Of a stretch of 64,000 nt of DNA, positions 17,957-33,211 are shown piece by piece. The notes under the pieces are model-generated. The model ran no database searches, was not told the DNA's origin, and saw only the letters and a program-made list of their open reading frames with translations. Origin of the DNA: Adineta vaga (lineage: Eukaryota > Animalia > Rotifera); NCBI GenBank assembly GCA_021613535.1, contig CP075497.1, forward strand, positions 6,014,001-6,078,000. The letters are read 5' to 3'. How positions within the stretch are numbered: position 1 is the stretch's first letter; each line of letters starts with the position of its first letter. The translations under genes were made by a program, and so were the position numbers.

Positions 17957-20023
17957 TCATTTCATATCAACAAATAAAATATCGGACACAATTAGAAGTC
18001 TATTGGTCACATTTGGCTGTGGTGAGAGAAGTGTTAATGTACGTTTATCTGAATCAACATGTTGACTAATAATAAAAATACAAAAGAATAATGTTAATTG
18101 ATATTCAATGAGAATAACTTACACAACAACAAAACCAAGAATATTTTTGGCAAGTAATTGTTCAGGATCATTGGAACTACTGACAGATAAAACATGATGT
18201 ACCAATGCGTGACCTTTGGAAAGAAAATTCGAATTTAGATTTGATTGAAAATTCAATGTCTATTTATTACTTGGAGCGATTGGTAAGATTTTATTGTATG
18301 GATTTTTTAGAATCATTCCAGCTGGTAAACATGAATCAGGCACTTGTGGAGCACCGATTTTATAAATTTTAATTTCACTAAATTCCATTGTAAATACATG
18401 CGGACAAATATTATTCTTTGGTCCATAGAAATATTCACGAATTTTATTTTCACGAAATTTATCTTTCGCCGCATCTTTCGGTACAACCTAATCAGAAAAT
18501 TTCGATACAAAATTCGTTTCTCTAATATATATATATATATACTCCGCCTGATTTTGGTAGTGTTATCACTTTAACAGATGGTAAATCTGAAGTAAGTTTT
18601 GTTGCTAACCATTCACTATCAAGAACGACTATGATATCAACTAAAGAAGAGAACAGATCGAATGATTGTTAAAGAGAAAAATTCATTTACCATCGAAAGC
18701 TTTTGCAACATGTTTAAAAGATTCATAACCTTCTTGACGAGTATATCCACAAGTATTCACAACAACACCACTGATAAGAGCTGAAATATAAGAAAAAACA
18801 GTATTGTTTACATTTGTTATATTCTTCTCAGTTATCAAACAGAAAACGACTTTGATTTTACACCGATTCCTATCGATAAATAGAATAATTCTATGAACTT
18901 TCTGTCTATGAGAACGGTACATCAATTACATAAATTGCATGAACAAAATCAAGGTTCAAATCAATACCGTAACGAGTGCATTCAGAGAAAGAATATACAT
19001 TTTTTTTCTTTTTCATTTGATAGATTGATCAGGCAAGCATTAAAACACGTTCTCAAAACCCTCTTTAAAAGTTCTCTCTTGATGTAGTGTCATATATTAC
19101 GTAGATTTCAAAATTATTCTTACATTTTTCGACGTTTTCCGATCGAATATTGACATAGGTAGCCATCGATGAAATAATTTCATTATATAAACCAATATTT
19201 TCACCGGGTGTTTTATAACCATAATGAAAAACAAGTGGCATTTCAATACGAAAACCTTCGTCGACAGAAGCTGGCCGACGTACAACCATTGCCGCTAATC
19301 AAAGACAAACAATATCATTCTATTCATTTCCAATTCTATCCTACCAATCGTTCCTGGAATTGAAATTTGATTTTGTCCAACATCAAGATCAACTAATATT
19401 GGTGTTCGACTAAGTCGAGCAGCCCAATTAACAAGCATACGACATATCGTACTTTTCCCGACATCTGGCAAACCAGTAACCATAATCTAATGAAAATCCA
19501 TGATTCATTTGAATTGAATTTCATACATTTGATTTTCTCTTACTCGTGGTCCACGTGTTTTTTCTGTATCTGCTTTTTGTCTTAATTGTTCTAACATACC
19601 ATGTACATTTAAATATATATGCATAGGATTTTCATCTCGTGCAACATAATAATCATCATGTGCAGAGATGATCTAAACATCGCTTTTAATTAGATTATTT
19701 TCCAAAGATTTTTACTTACATTGACAGTACAACCCCAATATGTATATATTGCAAATTTCATTCCAGATGTAAATTGATATTTCTGACCCTTAGCGAGTTC
19801 GGTGCCGAATATTTCAGCTTTACCGGATCGTAACTGAAAGGTAAAATAAGAAAATTCTTATTTCATAAGTCAAATATCTACTTACTTCAACTGTTAATGT
19901 TTCGTCGACATCACCACGTAACTCTTGGCCGGCTTCAATAACAATTTCTTTCTATAGATCAAATAAATATGTTTACAAAGCAAAAGGAAATCATCTAACG
20001 ATTTTAATTATTACCGCAGTCAT
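17957..20023 (-). CDS. CLP1: Polyribonucleotide 5'-hydroxyl kinase / mRNA cleavage factor Clp1
   Basis: GKAEIFGTEL, P-loop GLPDVGKST, VDLDVGQ, SGVVVNTCG, KSGGVV, KIGAPQVPDSCLP and TLLSPQPN motifs. Confidence 0.95.
18812..18993 (-). ncRNA. Candidate intronic box H/ACA snoRNA in the long CLP1 intron
   Basis: Two hairpins (acggtat/gtaccgt closed by ctttct/agaaag; ttatc-gatagga/ttctgtt-gataa closed by tattct/agaata), an ANANNA hinge (ATAGAA), and ACA 14 nt below the second upper stem. Host intron is ~340 nt versus the usual ~55 nt. Folded by eye only. Confidence 0.4.
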
Positions 20024-20260
20024 TTTTCTAAAAAGAGATAGAATGAGAGAGAGAGAGAGAGAGAGAAAATATTAGAGATGGGAATAGTTTTAAAAAGTGG
20101 AACGGTTTTTCTTTATTTAAAATAGAATGTAAAATAAATACAGAAAAAAGATCTGAAGTCTGATTGCACGATTTATGGACGAATGTGAATTACTATTTTA
20201 TTTTCTACATTAGAAAAAAAAAAGAAGAAAACTAATAGAAGGAAATCAATCAATCAATAT

Positions 20261-21961
20261 TTACCATGTTTGTCCATTCATATACGATATTCCATCATTT
20301 AAATGAAATCGATTTTGTATATGATTAATAACCGATGAAGTTTGATGATGAGAACGTCCATCATTTAAATTCCAAATTACTATTTGACCAAATAAATCAG
20401 CAGAACTAATTTTGACTAGAGTATCATTCTCTTTCTGATAAGGAGTTATTTGTCTATGAAAAGAAGAGATTATTCTATTGAGAAAGTGATCACGAAAGAA
20501 AATGTTTTACGTTATCATGCTCTGATGAGTTGAAATTGGTTCAGGAGTTTGAGTTTGCATTGACGGTTGATCAAAAAGACGACTGAAATAATTCAAAATC
20601 ATTTTTATAAATTACTAATCGTTATGATAGTACGAAAAATAGAACAAGAATTGATATTCGTACCCAATAGATTGTCGACCCGTTGTTATTTCTTGTCGAT
20701 CAAGTTTTTCTACAAATTCAATTGTACCTTTTCGATGATCATAATTATAAATCAATGGACAGAATTCATGTCCCTACAAATAATATAACAAAATATTTCT
20801 ATGCAGAAAAACTTTCTATTTACATACTCCAACAATCAATGTTGATTCATTCATAAAAATAATACAACGAAATGGAAGATAACTTGTGACTTCCATGGTA
20901 ATTCTATTGAGGAAAAGAACTATTCGCAATTCTGAAAACATGATTAGACAAACCTTAATGGATCATTAGCAGAAACAGCAAATATAATTGAATTATGTGA
21001 TACCCATGCGAGATGATCACCTAATGGTGAAAAAGCCACATCATGAATCCAACCTGATTCTAAATTATTTTTTAAACTTTCATTAAATCCTTCTTGAATG
21101 TTTAAAATATTTACCAGATTGAAATTCATGTAAGAGTTCTCCTGTATTACCAACTTTTCCCCAATTGGATATTCGTGGTTGATCATCAACTGCTTTAATA
21201 AATGCCGAATAAATTCTATATAAAAACTAATCTCAATAGAATTCTTTTGTTGTTGTTTTTTTTCTTTCATCAACAAACCGGCATCGATAATCACAACTAC
21301 CAATCGCAAGTAATTGATTATTTGGATGCCATGCAATACAAGTCACTGTTGATTTCGGCTTCTTTTTAATCATTTCAGCTGCCCAAAATCGTTGATCTTT
21401 TTCATAATAACAAATAGCAACATTTTTATCACTTGAACCAATGGCAAATTTATTTTCTAAACAAAAAATAATCGCTATTGATTTCATATTTTATTTCCTT
21501 TCTTCAACCTTCTGGTGACCATTTTGCACAACAAACAGCTCGATTTGTTCGTTGTAATTCAACCATTTGTGGTTTCCAACTATTATTTTCAAATGTCCAT
21601 ACATATGCATTATAATCCTAAATGAATAACAAATTTAATTCGAAACGAAACGATTTTCTCAATGTATTTTCGATATTTACTGCACTCGCTGATACAATTT
21701 GATTTGTTTTCGGTGCCCAATCGATTGCTAATACACGTGATAAATGCTCGCATAATGTATGTATTAATATCCATTTACCAGAGACTTTCGAATAGATCCG
21801 AACATCATTTGTACCCAATGAAACAGCAATTTCTAAATCAATGTTGAAATAAAACGAATGATTTGTTAGTTTTTAATTAAATTTCTCTATCTACGTGTTC
21901 GATCTTTATTCCATGCATGTGCAATAATCGGTAGATTTCCAAATGAATGTATTTCCGACAT
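20261..21961 (-). CDS. ARPC1: Arp2/3 complex subunit 1 (p41, WD40), divergent
   Basis: [85 protein letters not shown] and HQSMI motifs. Confidence 0.92.
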
Positions 21962-23692
21962 CTAAAACTAATTGATTTATTGAAAACAAAACTTCGAAAA
22001 TTAGATGTAGAATAATCAACAAAAAATAATAATGCATATATTCGTGTACGCATTTGAATAACTTGTACTTGTCATAGTTAGCAAATGAAAAGAAAGATGC
22101 ATTATTTTATAGACAGATGGCTCTGTTGAACAATGAAATTATTCGTTCAAGAGATTTAATATCAACAGAAAAGAAATCTTTTCATATGACAATAAAAAGC
22201 AAGACTCATTTAAATTAATGATCAATTAGAAAAGTTTGAAAAAACACTTGAAATTTTCCTTGAAATTCTAATATTTATTTTTAATTCCAATGAAGGTTTC
22301 TGGCATGCCTATTTAATTGACGTTTTATAAACTATACGATATATTATTTATTAATAGTTTGAAATTCTTCGAAAGAAATATTCGGTCTCGGAAAAAAATA
22401 GGATTATGATTAGGTTGACAAGTTTGTCAAAATATAATGAAATGACTAGCTAATCAATCAGAAATATTTTTCTTCTAGACAATTTTGTTTAATCAACATG
22501 TCTTTCTTTCTCCTTTTTTCTTCTGTCGTCTCTTTTCCGATTTAGATTGATGGAATGTAGCATATCGATTTGTAAAATTGTCTTTTTCGTCTGTCCGTTC
22601 CTATTTACATTTCATTGACACATTATGACCAACAAACGGAAAAGAAATGAGTTAATCGAATTGGAATTAACGATAAAAGTTATTTCGAAGCTTATTAAGA
22701 TGATCGGCATGCACAGGGACCTCACTAGATGAGAAGGAGAGGAGAGAAAAAAATCAAATCTAATTTCGTTGCGAAAATAAATTTTACTAGCCAATGTCCT
22801 CAGTTTGCCGGAAGAAAAGGAAATGATAACGCATCGTTTGATCAAATGCGTTCAAATAATTCTTTCCATTATCTCATCAGTCAGTTGTTCAATTGGCTTT
22901 ACACAAGTGAAAAGAAAACTGAACATAGAGAAAGAGAAGAGAAATTCTTCTTCGATTTCATTATCGATAAAGAAAAATATACTCAGTGGAATTGTTCTAT
23001 ATGATTATTATTCATAGATTGCATGAAATAAAAGCAAAGAAGATAAATCTTTGTACATTTATATTGGTCAGTAGATAGAAGACAACAAAGATTCTTGAGT
23101 AAGTCTCATTGTTCATGTACGTAGGAGGTTTTTTTTGCCTATACGGTAGAAAATATATATCCTTGACAAGCGGACAAATTTAAACGAACAAATTTTTTTT
23201 CTTTTTTTTCCCCCGTTGTCTTAAAATAGTAGAAGAAGATCGATGGCGGTATAGTAAATGTAATGCTGTGTGTTTTCCTATGCAAGTTATGTCTCCGCCT
23301 TTGCTTCTTCTACTTCTTCTTCGTCTTCTTCTTTTCCTTCTTCTCTTTCTCCTTCTCCTTCCAATTCTGATTCGATAGGCATCATAAGCATACACTCTCA
23401 TGCTCGCATGCACTTAAGCCGTTCAAAATTGTCGATCGACGTAAAAACAAAACCTCCGAAGAGACTAGCAAGAAGAAAGAATATGTGCATATATGCATGT
23501 TACGAGATTATAACATGAATAACCTTTATAACATTCTATTGTTCACAATATAATCATCAAGTTACTTGCTTCTTATTGTTTATGACACCATTTCTTCGAA
23601 AGAAATCATCAAGGATATATTTACTCGATTTCTTCCTGTTTAGATTCTTTTTTGTATTTAAACGCACATGATTGATGCCGTAAGTGATCTTA

Positions 23693-25416
23693 ATGAATAT
23701 TCATATCGAGAGAATTTTCAATTCTTCTAGGCAATTTCAAATCTTTTTCTTGCTATTATTAATTTTTCATTCTTTTATACAATTACAATCGGTGCATCTC
23801 AAATCAACTAATAACAACAACAATAATAATTGTCCACACCTGTTGAAAACATTGAGTAATTGCACTTGTGTTCGTTCCAATACAATTGATTGCAGTTATT
23901 CAACAACATTGATACATCTTCCACGTTCATGGATTTCAACAAATCATAATCTCACAATCTTCACACAATCGATCACACGTTTCAATCTATCTTCTCTACC
24001 ATCTTTTACATTCATAAAAACAAATGATTTTCAAGTAGAAATTCATCTCTTAATTAACATCATTTTCATTGTACGTTCTCTATAGGGTTTAACTAATCTT
24101 CGACATCTTTTAATAATTAATACTGGACTTATAACTATTCAACCACATGCATTTCGTCATCTTTATCATTTGTATGAATTGCGTATTGAGTTAAATCAAA
24201 AATTAACTGAAATTAAAACATTCGCATTAAGTGATATTGAACATATACATCTATTATCATTAAAATCCAATTCAATTCGTATTTTACATACCGAATCATT
24301 TCGTAATACACATTTTGTCGATATATTAGATCTGAGTGATAATCCTTTAGAAGTAAGTTGAAAATTTATGATTCATAGAACAAAAAGAGCAACGTGTAGT
24401 AATCATAGGACAAAAAAAGAAAGTCTTAGATTAACTTGTTTATTATTATTATGGATCTGTTTTGAGGATCTCATCGGTCTTCATATTCAAAGAACTCTGA
24501 GCACGCAAACAGTGATACATGCATCAGATTAATTACTTGTGAATAGAGTAGACTTAATGAAATTTCTCGAAAGATGATCATCATAACTTTGTTTTGAAAC
24601 GATATACAGAATCTCTTTATAAAATATGATAAATATTTTCGAGAAAAGAAAGTCATCAAAGAAAATGAACTATTTTTATCGAATTAGATCATCGAATCTT
24701 ATGCTTTTAATGGTTTAAAATCAGTTGGTACATTAATCTTATGTTTATCATCCACATGTTCAATAAAACAAATAGATCCATATGCTTTTTTTGGATTTCA
24801 TACATGTGATAGAATTCTTCTAACCGGTCTTCATCTTTCATTACATTCAAATTCGTTTTCTTATATGACATCAATTCGTCTAGTTAATTTATCTCACAGT
24901 GACATATCTCATATACATAATTATGCGTTTCAAACTAGTGAACATATTGGTGAAATTGATCTATCATCATCATTAATATCAGCAATTGATGTACACGCAT
25001 TTGATCAATTAGTTAATGTATCTTTATTAAATTTACAAGGTAATCTTATACGTTTATTTGAAAAATCGATTTTTCAATCATTAATATATTCGATAAAACA
25101 AATTAATCTTGATAATAATCCAATTCAATGTGATTGTACACTTGAATGGTATTTAGAACAACGTTCGAATCAATTTAAATTACCTGATGTATGTACAGGT
25201 CCAATTGGTTATGAATGTTTAAGTCCAACTGAACTTCATAAAAGTCAATTGCCATGTTATCAAACGACAAATCAAACTAAAAAGAGAAATTTATGTGAAC
25301 GACGTGAAAAAGATATATCTGTCAGAGAATCATCTGCATATTTGTATGAATTGAATTGTAATTTGTTTATTTTAATCATATTTATATTTACAAATAAAAT
25401 TTTATTTCTTCTGTAA
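23693..25416 (+). CDS. Cell-surface leucine-rich-repeat protein (signal peptide, LRRNT, LRRs, LRRCT, hydrophobic C-terminal tail, possibly GPI-anchored)
   Basis: Exons 23693-24034, 24086-24352 and 24689-25416 join in frame. CPHLLKTLSNCTC cap, LxxLxLxxNxI repeats, NPIQCDC...C.GP LRRCT cap, hydrophobic C-terminus. Confidence 0.88.
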
Positions 25417-27974
25417 AAAGAACCAAAAAAAAAATGAAGAATTCGTCGATATTAGTATCAATGTTATTCGAGATGATCTTTTGAAATTTGAGAAACAATT
25501 AAGCATTAAGAAAAAGCCTTGTTGATGGATAACGCTGTTAGACGACAAGATAATGCGATCAAATAAAAACCTAAATTAGATGATGCATGGAAATTTGAGA
25601 TATAACGAAGGATTAGACAAGTCCTTGTTCTTCTTAAACTGCCGTCAAACTGTGAAGAAAAAAGAAAACTTATGAACCTTGATGGATATTTAACCTATTA
25701 GAGAGAAGAAATCCAGCGTATGCATATGCTCTGTAAATAAGCAAAAACAAACAAATAGAATATTGTTTTTCTTTAGTATTAAGCTATCCATAGAGAAAAA
25801 ACATGTTTCGTTTATTTGTTTCAATAGAAATTTGGTGGAAAAAGAGACAGAAGTTTGTAATATTGATGCTTTGATATATTTGAATAAGATAGAAGTCTAT
25901 GAAAAGTTTTTAAGTATGTTAGAAATACAAAATAATCACTGAAGATATGATTGATTTTGTTATTCAATGATTATTTTTGACACATGAGTGGTTTGTTGTT
26001 GTTTACATTGATTGATTGAGTTGATGTTGTAAATATTTGAAATGGAAAATATTCCTTTGAAGGATTCTTAATGTCTTTCATGATAGATGGTTGAAGATAT
26101 TTAAACAGAAATCGAGTTTTATCTCTCATGGATATATGTAGTATGTTGATGTTAATGAAATATACAATCATCGAATTCTCTACTGAATTTGGAATAATTC
26201 AATTAATGTTTTTGAGAAAGTGTTTTCTCGAAAAAAAAATGATACTAATAATTGGATAGAAATAACAAGTTCTTCGATTTATTTCTTTATCATGTTTAGA
26301 ATTTTGGTATATTTCAAAAAGAAGATAGACTATGGTCTAATAAACAGCATTGATTGTTTATGTAGATTGCAAAAGAGAAATTGATCATCATCGTTCCGTT
26401 AGAATTGATATTCCTTTTCTGTGACCTTGTGCAATAGTTTGTGAAGGATCATTTATATATAGAATTGCTTAACTGTCAGCAGAAGAATACACAATTTCTC
26501 AATATTAACTGCCGAAAGAAAGAAGAGAAAGACGATTGAATATTCAGCTCATCAATGTCAATATTATCATGGAACTAAAATGATTCTTTGAGTAGTTTTC
26601 TCATCAAAGATTGAGTTAGCACTTAAGTATTGTTGAATCATGACAGTTCATTTCAACGGCACCCACATCATCAATCAACATTATCATTAGATGTTAATAA
26701 TTAGTAAATATATGGCTAATGATTTATTCTTTTATCTTGAGAACGTTTACAAATCGGTTAGACTTTAAAAATCCTATGTTGATATCGTTGAAATTTCTCG
26801 GTATGACCTTTTCTCTCGCTCTCTCGATTTTTTTATGATGCTAATCAAATTGAAATCGAATAAAAATTCTTTTTCTGTCATTCATTTCTATTCTCATGGT
26901 GAGAGATAATTTTATGTAAAAATCTGTTTAATTAACAAATGTCCTTGTTCGTTTGCTTGTCGTTATGAATTATTAATCAAGAACATCAAAGAACCATCTT
27001 ATGTCCTATCCTTCCGGCACTCTTTTTTTTCGATACATATGAAGATCCATTTCTGATATTTAATAATGGATAATAGTCCTTCGAGTCATAATTTTTCTTT
27101 TTCCACGATCATTTATTATGTAATTCTTTTGAAAAGAAAACGACGAGCAATAGAAAATTTGAAAGATTGAAATAAAAGATCAAACTCATTTATAGATAAA
27201 AGTTTATCAGAATTGTGTGATTAATATTTTTTTAAAAAAGGCAAAATAAGACAATCTCCAGAGAAAGAAGAGAGGAAAAAACAGATAAATATGTCCAAGG
27301 TCGATAGGAGAAAATGTTCAATTTGATTAATTTCTTATTAAGGTCGACGATTGCTTACCCATTCCCTAATGACATTTACATCTTCCAATTGCTGTTTCAT
27401 TATAATGAAACAACCTTTTTTCCTTCTCTCTATTTCATGACTGTAACAATAAATTGTTCCGACTCACAGGCAGACATACAGAAGAATAACCTTGCATTTG
27501 CATCGACAAAGCATAGACATAGAAATTCATATATAAATTACTATTTCAGAATGACTATATAGTTAAAAGGTAGGAGAGAACAAAAATAAAGTTGGAAGAA
27601 TTATCCTTGAGAAAATGATTTTCTATTTGAACTTTATGTTTTCTATTAGATAATGATCAAATTTTTTCTTTGCTTTTCTTAGATGAATGTTATCTGACAC
27701 TCAACTCTTCACTATGATTGCTGACTACGAATTTATGCTGAATAGAATGTGATGTAATATCTTTTCTTTTTCTTCTTTTTTTTTCCTTAATGATGATCAT
27801 GTTCTACTAACAGATTGTTGTTGTTATTATTCTCTCGACATTCCCATGAAAGTCAGCTCGATAAGGCAATAACATCAATGAATGAATATACATAGATAGA
27901 AAAGAGAGAGAGAGAGAGGGAGAAAAGGAAATGTTTTGCTTCATCAATACACCAGCATATCTATTAGAAGAACT

Positions 27975-27999
27975 AGAAGAAGAAGAAGAAGAAGAAGAA
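27975..27999. repeat. (GAA)n microsatellite; similar SSRs at 17773 (AC), 20044 (GA), 30964 (GAT) and 50858 (GAT)
   Basis: Directly visible tandem units. Confidence 0.9.
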
Positions 28000-30900
28000 C
28001 ATTAAAGATAAACCAGGAGTAATATCGCACAGACTGAGGATGAATACATATTTATGTCGAGGGAATAGAAAGGTAAAGAAAAATAAGTACATTGAAGTAT
28101 CTGACATATTTTTAAAAGAGACCTTCACACGTTGACACAAATCTAATTTCTTGATAGTTATTTATAGTGAATGAGGTAAGTCAATAGACGAATGGTTATG
28201 ACTGGAATCATCCCTTCGGCTGTAAAACGAGATTATTAGTTCTATTCATAGAAGAAAAACAGAGTTTTTTTGTCGACGAACAGATTATCAGACAAAAAAA
28301 GAATTAGTATTCATCATCTTCATGGTCATCCTATAGTTATTCTTATAAATAAACGTTGTTTATAGAATCATATCAAAATTCTTCTTCTTTCTATGATTTA
28401 GAAGCATTCTTGTTTCTTGTATATTTTACATTGCCTTTTGTTTGACAGATGGTTCCACTATGTGAAAAGATTAATCATTAACTTTGAACTCTCTACATGA
28501 TAAATAGAAACTAGTACACTCGTGTCACGGTTCCCTAGGCGCTGTTAAATACATATGCTGCATACACAAACGAAAACTGTCTCGACCGCACAGTTCGAAG
28601 TTAATCATCGACGACATCTCACACATTGTCATGGAGTCTATCAACATAACCTATGACTGTCAGCAGTTATCATGGACGACACTTTGTACAAGGCCAAGCA
28701 GGTATCCTTGAAGATTTCTTCTTCTTCGGTTTTTATCTCTTCTAGATATGCCACTTAACAGATACATTTCATTGAAGTAGACATCACTTTCTTCTCTTCT
28801 CTTCTATTCTTTTTTTTCTTTTATGAGAAAATGAAATCAGGCGATAGATACACCTTATAGTTTTTTCTTTACCGTCTCTTTTTTCTCTATGTTCATTGAA
28901 GAAAGGTTAGTGATGCACGTCATGATAGAGAGAAAAGTACCAGCTGTATACATATTTATGTATATACGATAGACCAGTAAAAGTTAGAGAATACAAAAGA
29001 CAATTTCTATCACAGTCCTATTTCCATTCATTGTTGACAATGAATGGCAGAGGTGTAAATTGAATAGAATTCGATGATCGATCAGTTCTAACATTTCAAT
29101 TAACATATGGAAGATTATGATGACAGTTCAAGCAATCATGCTATTCCCATATCATATACGTCAATTGATCTAGCCATTTCATTCAAGGTAAATAGCAATG
29201 CTCTGCATGTATTCGATGTGTTTGTATGTATGTAACTTAAGATGAATGCCTTATTAGCCAGTGTCCAACACAAACAACACACTTGCGTCTATCACCTGCT
29301 GAGTATTTACACAATTGTAGTAATATCAGACGATTATTTGATTAAAATCTTCGTAAATTTGAAGAATGATTGTTTTTATTTTATCATGAATAATAGTTAT
29401 CGTTATTATTCAGATGATAGAAAGAAAAAGAAGAAACCCACGAATACCATCGCACTTGGTCGAGGCCAATTTTATATGCGAACAGTCGTGTTGGCATCGA
29501 ATTTCTATAGAAAGCGAGTTCTGAATGAACGAGAATGGGTCAAGGTCGGGTGAATGATGAGCATTGATGAAGAGAATTACGGAGCGTTCAACCCGTTTGG
29601 TCCTTCCTTCCTCTCTTTCTTTACTTTTTTTTCTATCTTATCATCTTTCGATTCTCTTTTTTATTCTGTTACATTTGTTTCTTTTCAATCACTCTTTGTC
29701 TCTCGTTTTTTTTCTCCTCTCTGTCTCTCTCTCTCTGTCTCTTTACATTTCAAAGCACATAACATCTACCATCTTGACCACATTAACGTCATCATTATTA
29801 TTCATTGTATATATTGAAAGATGTGAACAACAAGTAAGCGAAGAGAGCGAAGGCTAGAGAGAGAGAGGGGGAGAGAGAAGGAGAAGAGAATAAAGAAGTA
29901 GAGCTCGAAAGCTTGACACTATCATCACGACTACCAAAACATTTATGCATGAATAGTAGGAGAAAGAGTTGCGCAAGTTTTATTAACTGTTCAACCGACA
30001 AGGACACATCGCCTTTACAACTTAATGGACTTAGTATATAATTATCAATTACATTGAATGACAGCAAATTTGTTAACAAGAATATACGCATACTGAGTGA
30101 AGAAGAAGAACAGACTTGATTACAACATCAAACTCCGGACAGTCTTACTCAAACAAAGGAATTAGGAGTATACACAAAGAAAAAAGATAGCAACAGCGTA
30201 ACCTCCTTTACATAGAAATTTTTTATGCAACCAACGCGTATATATTGGTGTATATGAATAAGATTACGCCTTTTGTAATTCAGATGGTGAGAAGACGAAG
30301 AAGAAGAGACAAGACAAAGACATATATAAGTTGTTAAAGTATTTATTAGAAGACATCCTTGGTATACATGGAGTTTTTTTGTTGATATAAAAAAACTTTT
30401 TCATCCAGACACTCCTACATTTCTTTTTTTATTTCATGTAGTTGTCGCGTTCAAACTATTAGTCACAGTATTGCATCATCGCATCGGCACACATACATAT
30501 ATGTATGTATGTATGTATGTGTGTGTGTGCGTATATATATTGGGGCGTGTACCACGACAACGAGAGTGGGACACTTGTCCAGTGCGTATTCAGACAGCGA
30601 TTGAATGGCATTATACTTGATGACGTAGCATGCAGCATTTGCGTGAGATACAGGCAGAGCAAGAGAGAGAGAGAAAGCAGAAAGTATTACAGGATAAAGG
30701 AAAAGGAAAGAGTGAGAGAGAGAGAAGGAGAAGGGAAGGAAAAAAGTGAACATTGAACAGACACTCTACCTCGTACTCACACGTCTTCTTGTAACTCAAT
30801 GTCTTCTAAGATGGAGTATTCTAATGGTAAGTTGTTTGTTAAGTCCGTTCGTCCTTAGGTTTTAATGAAATGCTTTTTTGATGGAATTATTGCGGATGCT

Positions 30901-33211
30901 TCGTCTTGATAAGTGCAATCATCTCGTTCTTAGATAATTTGATTCCTAATCTTCATCATTTCGATGATGATGATGATGATGATGATCGTTGTTACGTCCC
31001 GTATACATGTAAATGGTACCAGAGCAATGAGATAGAGGAGGAAAAAAAGAAGAAGGAGAAACAGAAGAGAAGAGAAGGAAGAGGAGGAGGAGCAAGTGTG
31101 CCAATGTGAACATTCATAGACTTATTATCATTTTGAATAATGCGTGATGAATGATGACCTCACGTCAAAGTCTACATATACTCATGTTCGATGACTTCAA
31201 TCTTTCACTTTTCTCTCTCTCACACACTTCTTTTACTTTTTTCGTCGTTCATTTGTCTGTCGAACTGACAATGGCGTGTTGGAGTAGAGAAAAAAAAGAA
31301 AGAAATCTATTGCTTCTAACGTCGTGTATGTGCGTGTTGATTACCTTTGCCGCACATATATATACATATATGTATATGTAGAACTGAACATTTGAAATAG
31401 ATATTCTATTGACCATCGATTGCATTGACGTTTGTGCATTTCCGCTTCTTGACGTTCTCTTTGTTTAATTCAGGGCAAATAGTAGAACTAAAAGGCGATA
31501 GAAAGCAAGCGAGTAAAAAAAGAGTATGGGAGGAAAAATAGCCCCAACGACACAAAGCTGATTACCAGAAGAATAAGAATAAGACGAGAGAATAGCCAAC
31601 GCTACCAAACTATTCGAGTAGTAGTGATGGTGCCCTCCGAGCATGTAAAAAAAAGGAGATCGAATGAATAGTTACTGCATCCATCTATACATATTCTCGC
31701 TCACGTTTTTTCTTTCATAATAAAAAAAAGTCGATCAATAGTTCCGGTCTGTGATCGAATGCACATTTTCTTACTCTCCTTTTTCTTCTTCTTCTTCTTA
31801 TATTAGGCATTGACGCGCATGAACATATTAACAGGATAGATTGCCACTCAACCGTACTATGGTTTGTCTCAAACTTAGCCTAAGAACATAAGTGGATCAG
31901 AAAAGAAAAACGTTTTCTTTTTTTTTTCATTCAAAACTTTCTTTTACTTAACTTCTCTTACTTATGAATAGCTTAGAGACAAATTTTATTTAATATATAT
32001 TTCCGATTAGTTCGATGGACGATCTTCTCAAGGTAAGACGAAAGATTTCTTTTCTTTCTCTTTCAATTATTAAAAGACAATTGTTTACATGACATTTATT
32101 ACTTTATTTAATAATGAAAAATAACTTCAACTCGTTTCTTTTGTATTCTTCTTCTGTACGATATAATTTGACAAGACACTTGATAAATCTTTATTACTTA
32201 GCTCGATTTCTTTCGTGAGAAAAATGCTTAATCATAAAATAATCATGTAATGTCAATTATGGTACGGAAATACGACATTTTTAAAACATAATGTATAGAT
32301 AAATAAAATAAAGAAAGTACCGGAATTTGTCCGAGTGTTAAATTGAACGATAAATGATTGTAGAAAGATAGAATTTCTAATCTATAAAGAATGAAATGGA
32401 ATTCTTTTGAAGTTTCTTTTCTAATCCTTACTTAAGGGCAACAATGTGAAATTAAATATTTTCTTTTTTTTTTATTCCTATGTCGTTATCGATTGATCCA
32501 AGTACTAAGATAATTGATTGTTAAATTATTTTTCCGTCGAAGAAAATGCTTTTTGTTTCTTCTTCTTCTTCCTCGTTCAAATAAGATCGACAATCACATT
32601 ATCGTTAAAGTTCAACACTACTGACCAGAAACAAAATGATAGATAGTGATGTATACACAGTTAGAGATCGGTCGATAGCACTCAGCATGAACGATTCATC
32701 TTTGCATATATCATATATTCTTATCTATAAATCTCAACTAAACATTTCCATCATCATGACATATAAACAAAACTCGTTCTATTCGAATACAAAAAGTATT
32801 CGAAGATGAAAACGTTCTTTTTTCTTCATTTCTACTGTGAATCCTTATAAGAGATTATTAGGAGACGTTTGTTACTACCGTCAAATTGCAATCAAACAAC
32901 TGCATGAGAAAATATCGAAGCTGTGATAAACTAATATTATTCTAAGCAGTTCAGAGTAGTCCTATACTATTGATTTAATTAAATATTCTCGAAAATTTTC
33001 TGATTGTTTGATCTGAATTGTAATCTTATACCTGACAATTAATGACACATCAATGTCCTCTCCGAGACTATTCAAGTTGAGTTTTCAAGGTAAATTTATC
33101 CATAGATAATAAGTAGGAGGAAAAAGATAAAAAGACTTCATACATAAATAATCAATTTCTTTTGTCTTCTCTTTACATTACAAATGATTTTAGATAGATT
33201 TTTTTAACTCG

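Noticed and set aside
28627-28650. TGTCATGGAGTC resembles the 5' end of miR-281/miR-46
   Set aside because: The 3' half does not match, and the upstream sequence pairs too poorly to form a pre-miRNA hairpin.
29242-31381. Multiple 60-100 aa ORFs on both strands
   Set aside because: Derived from microsatellite and low-complexity sequence, with no domain signature or consistent exon chain.
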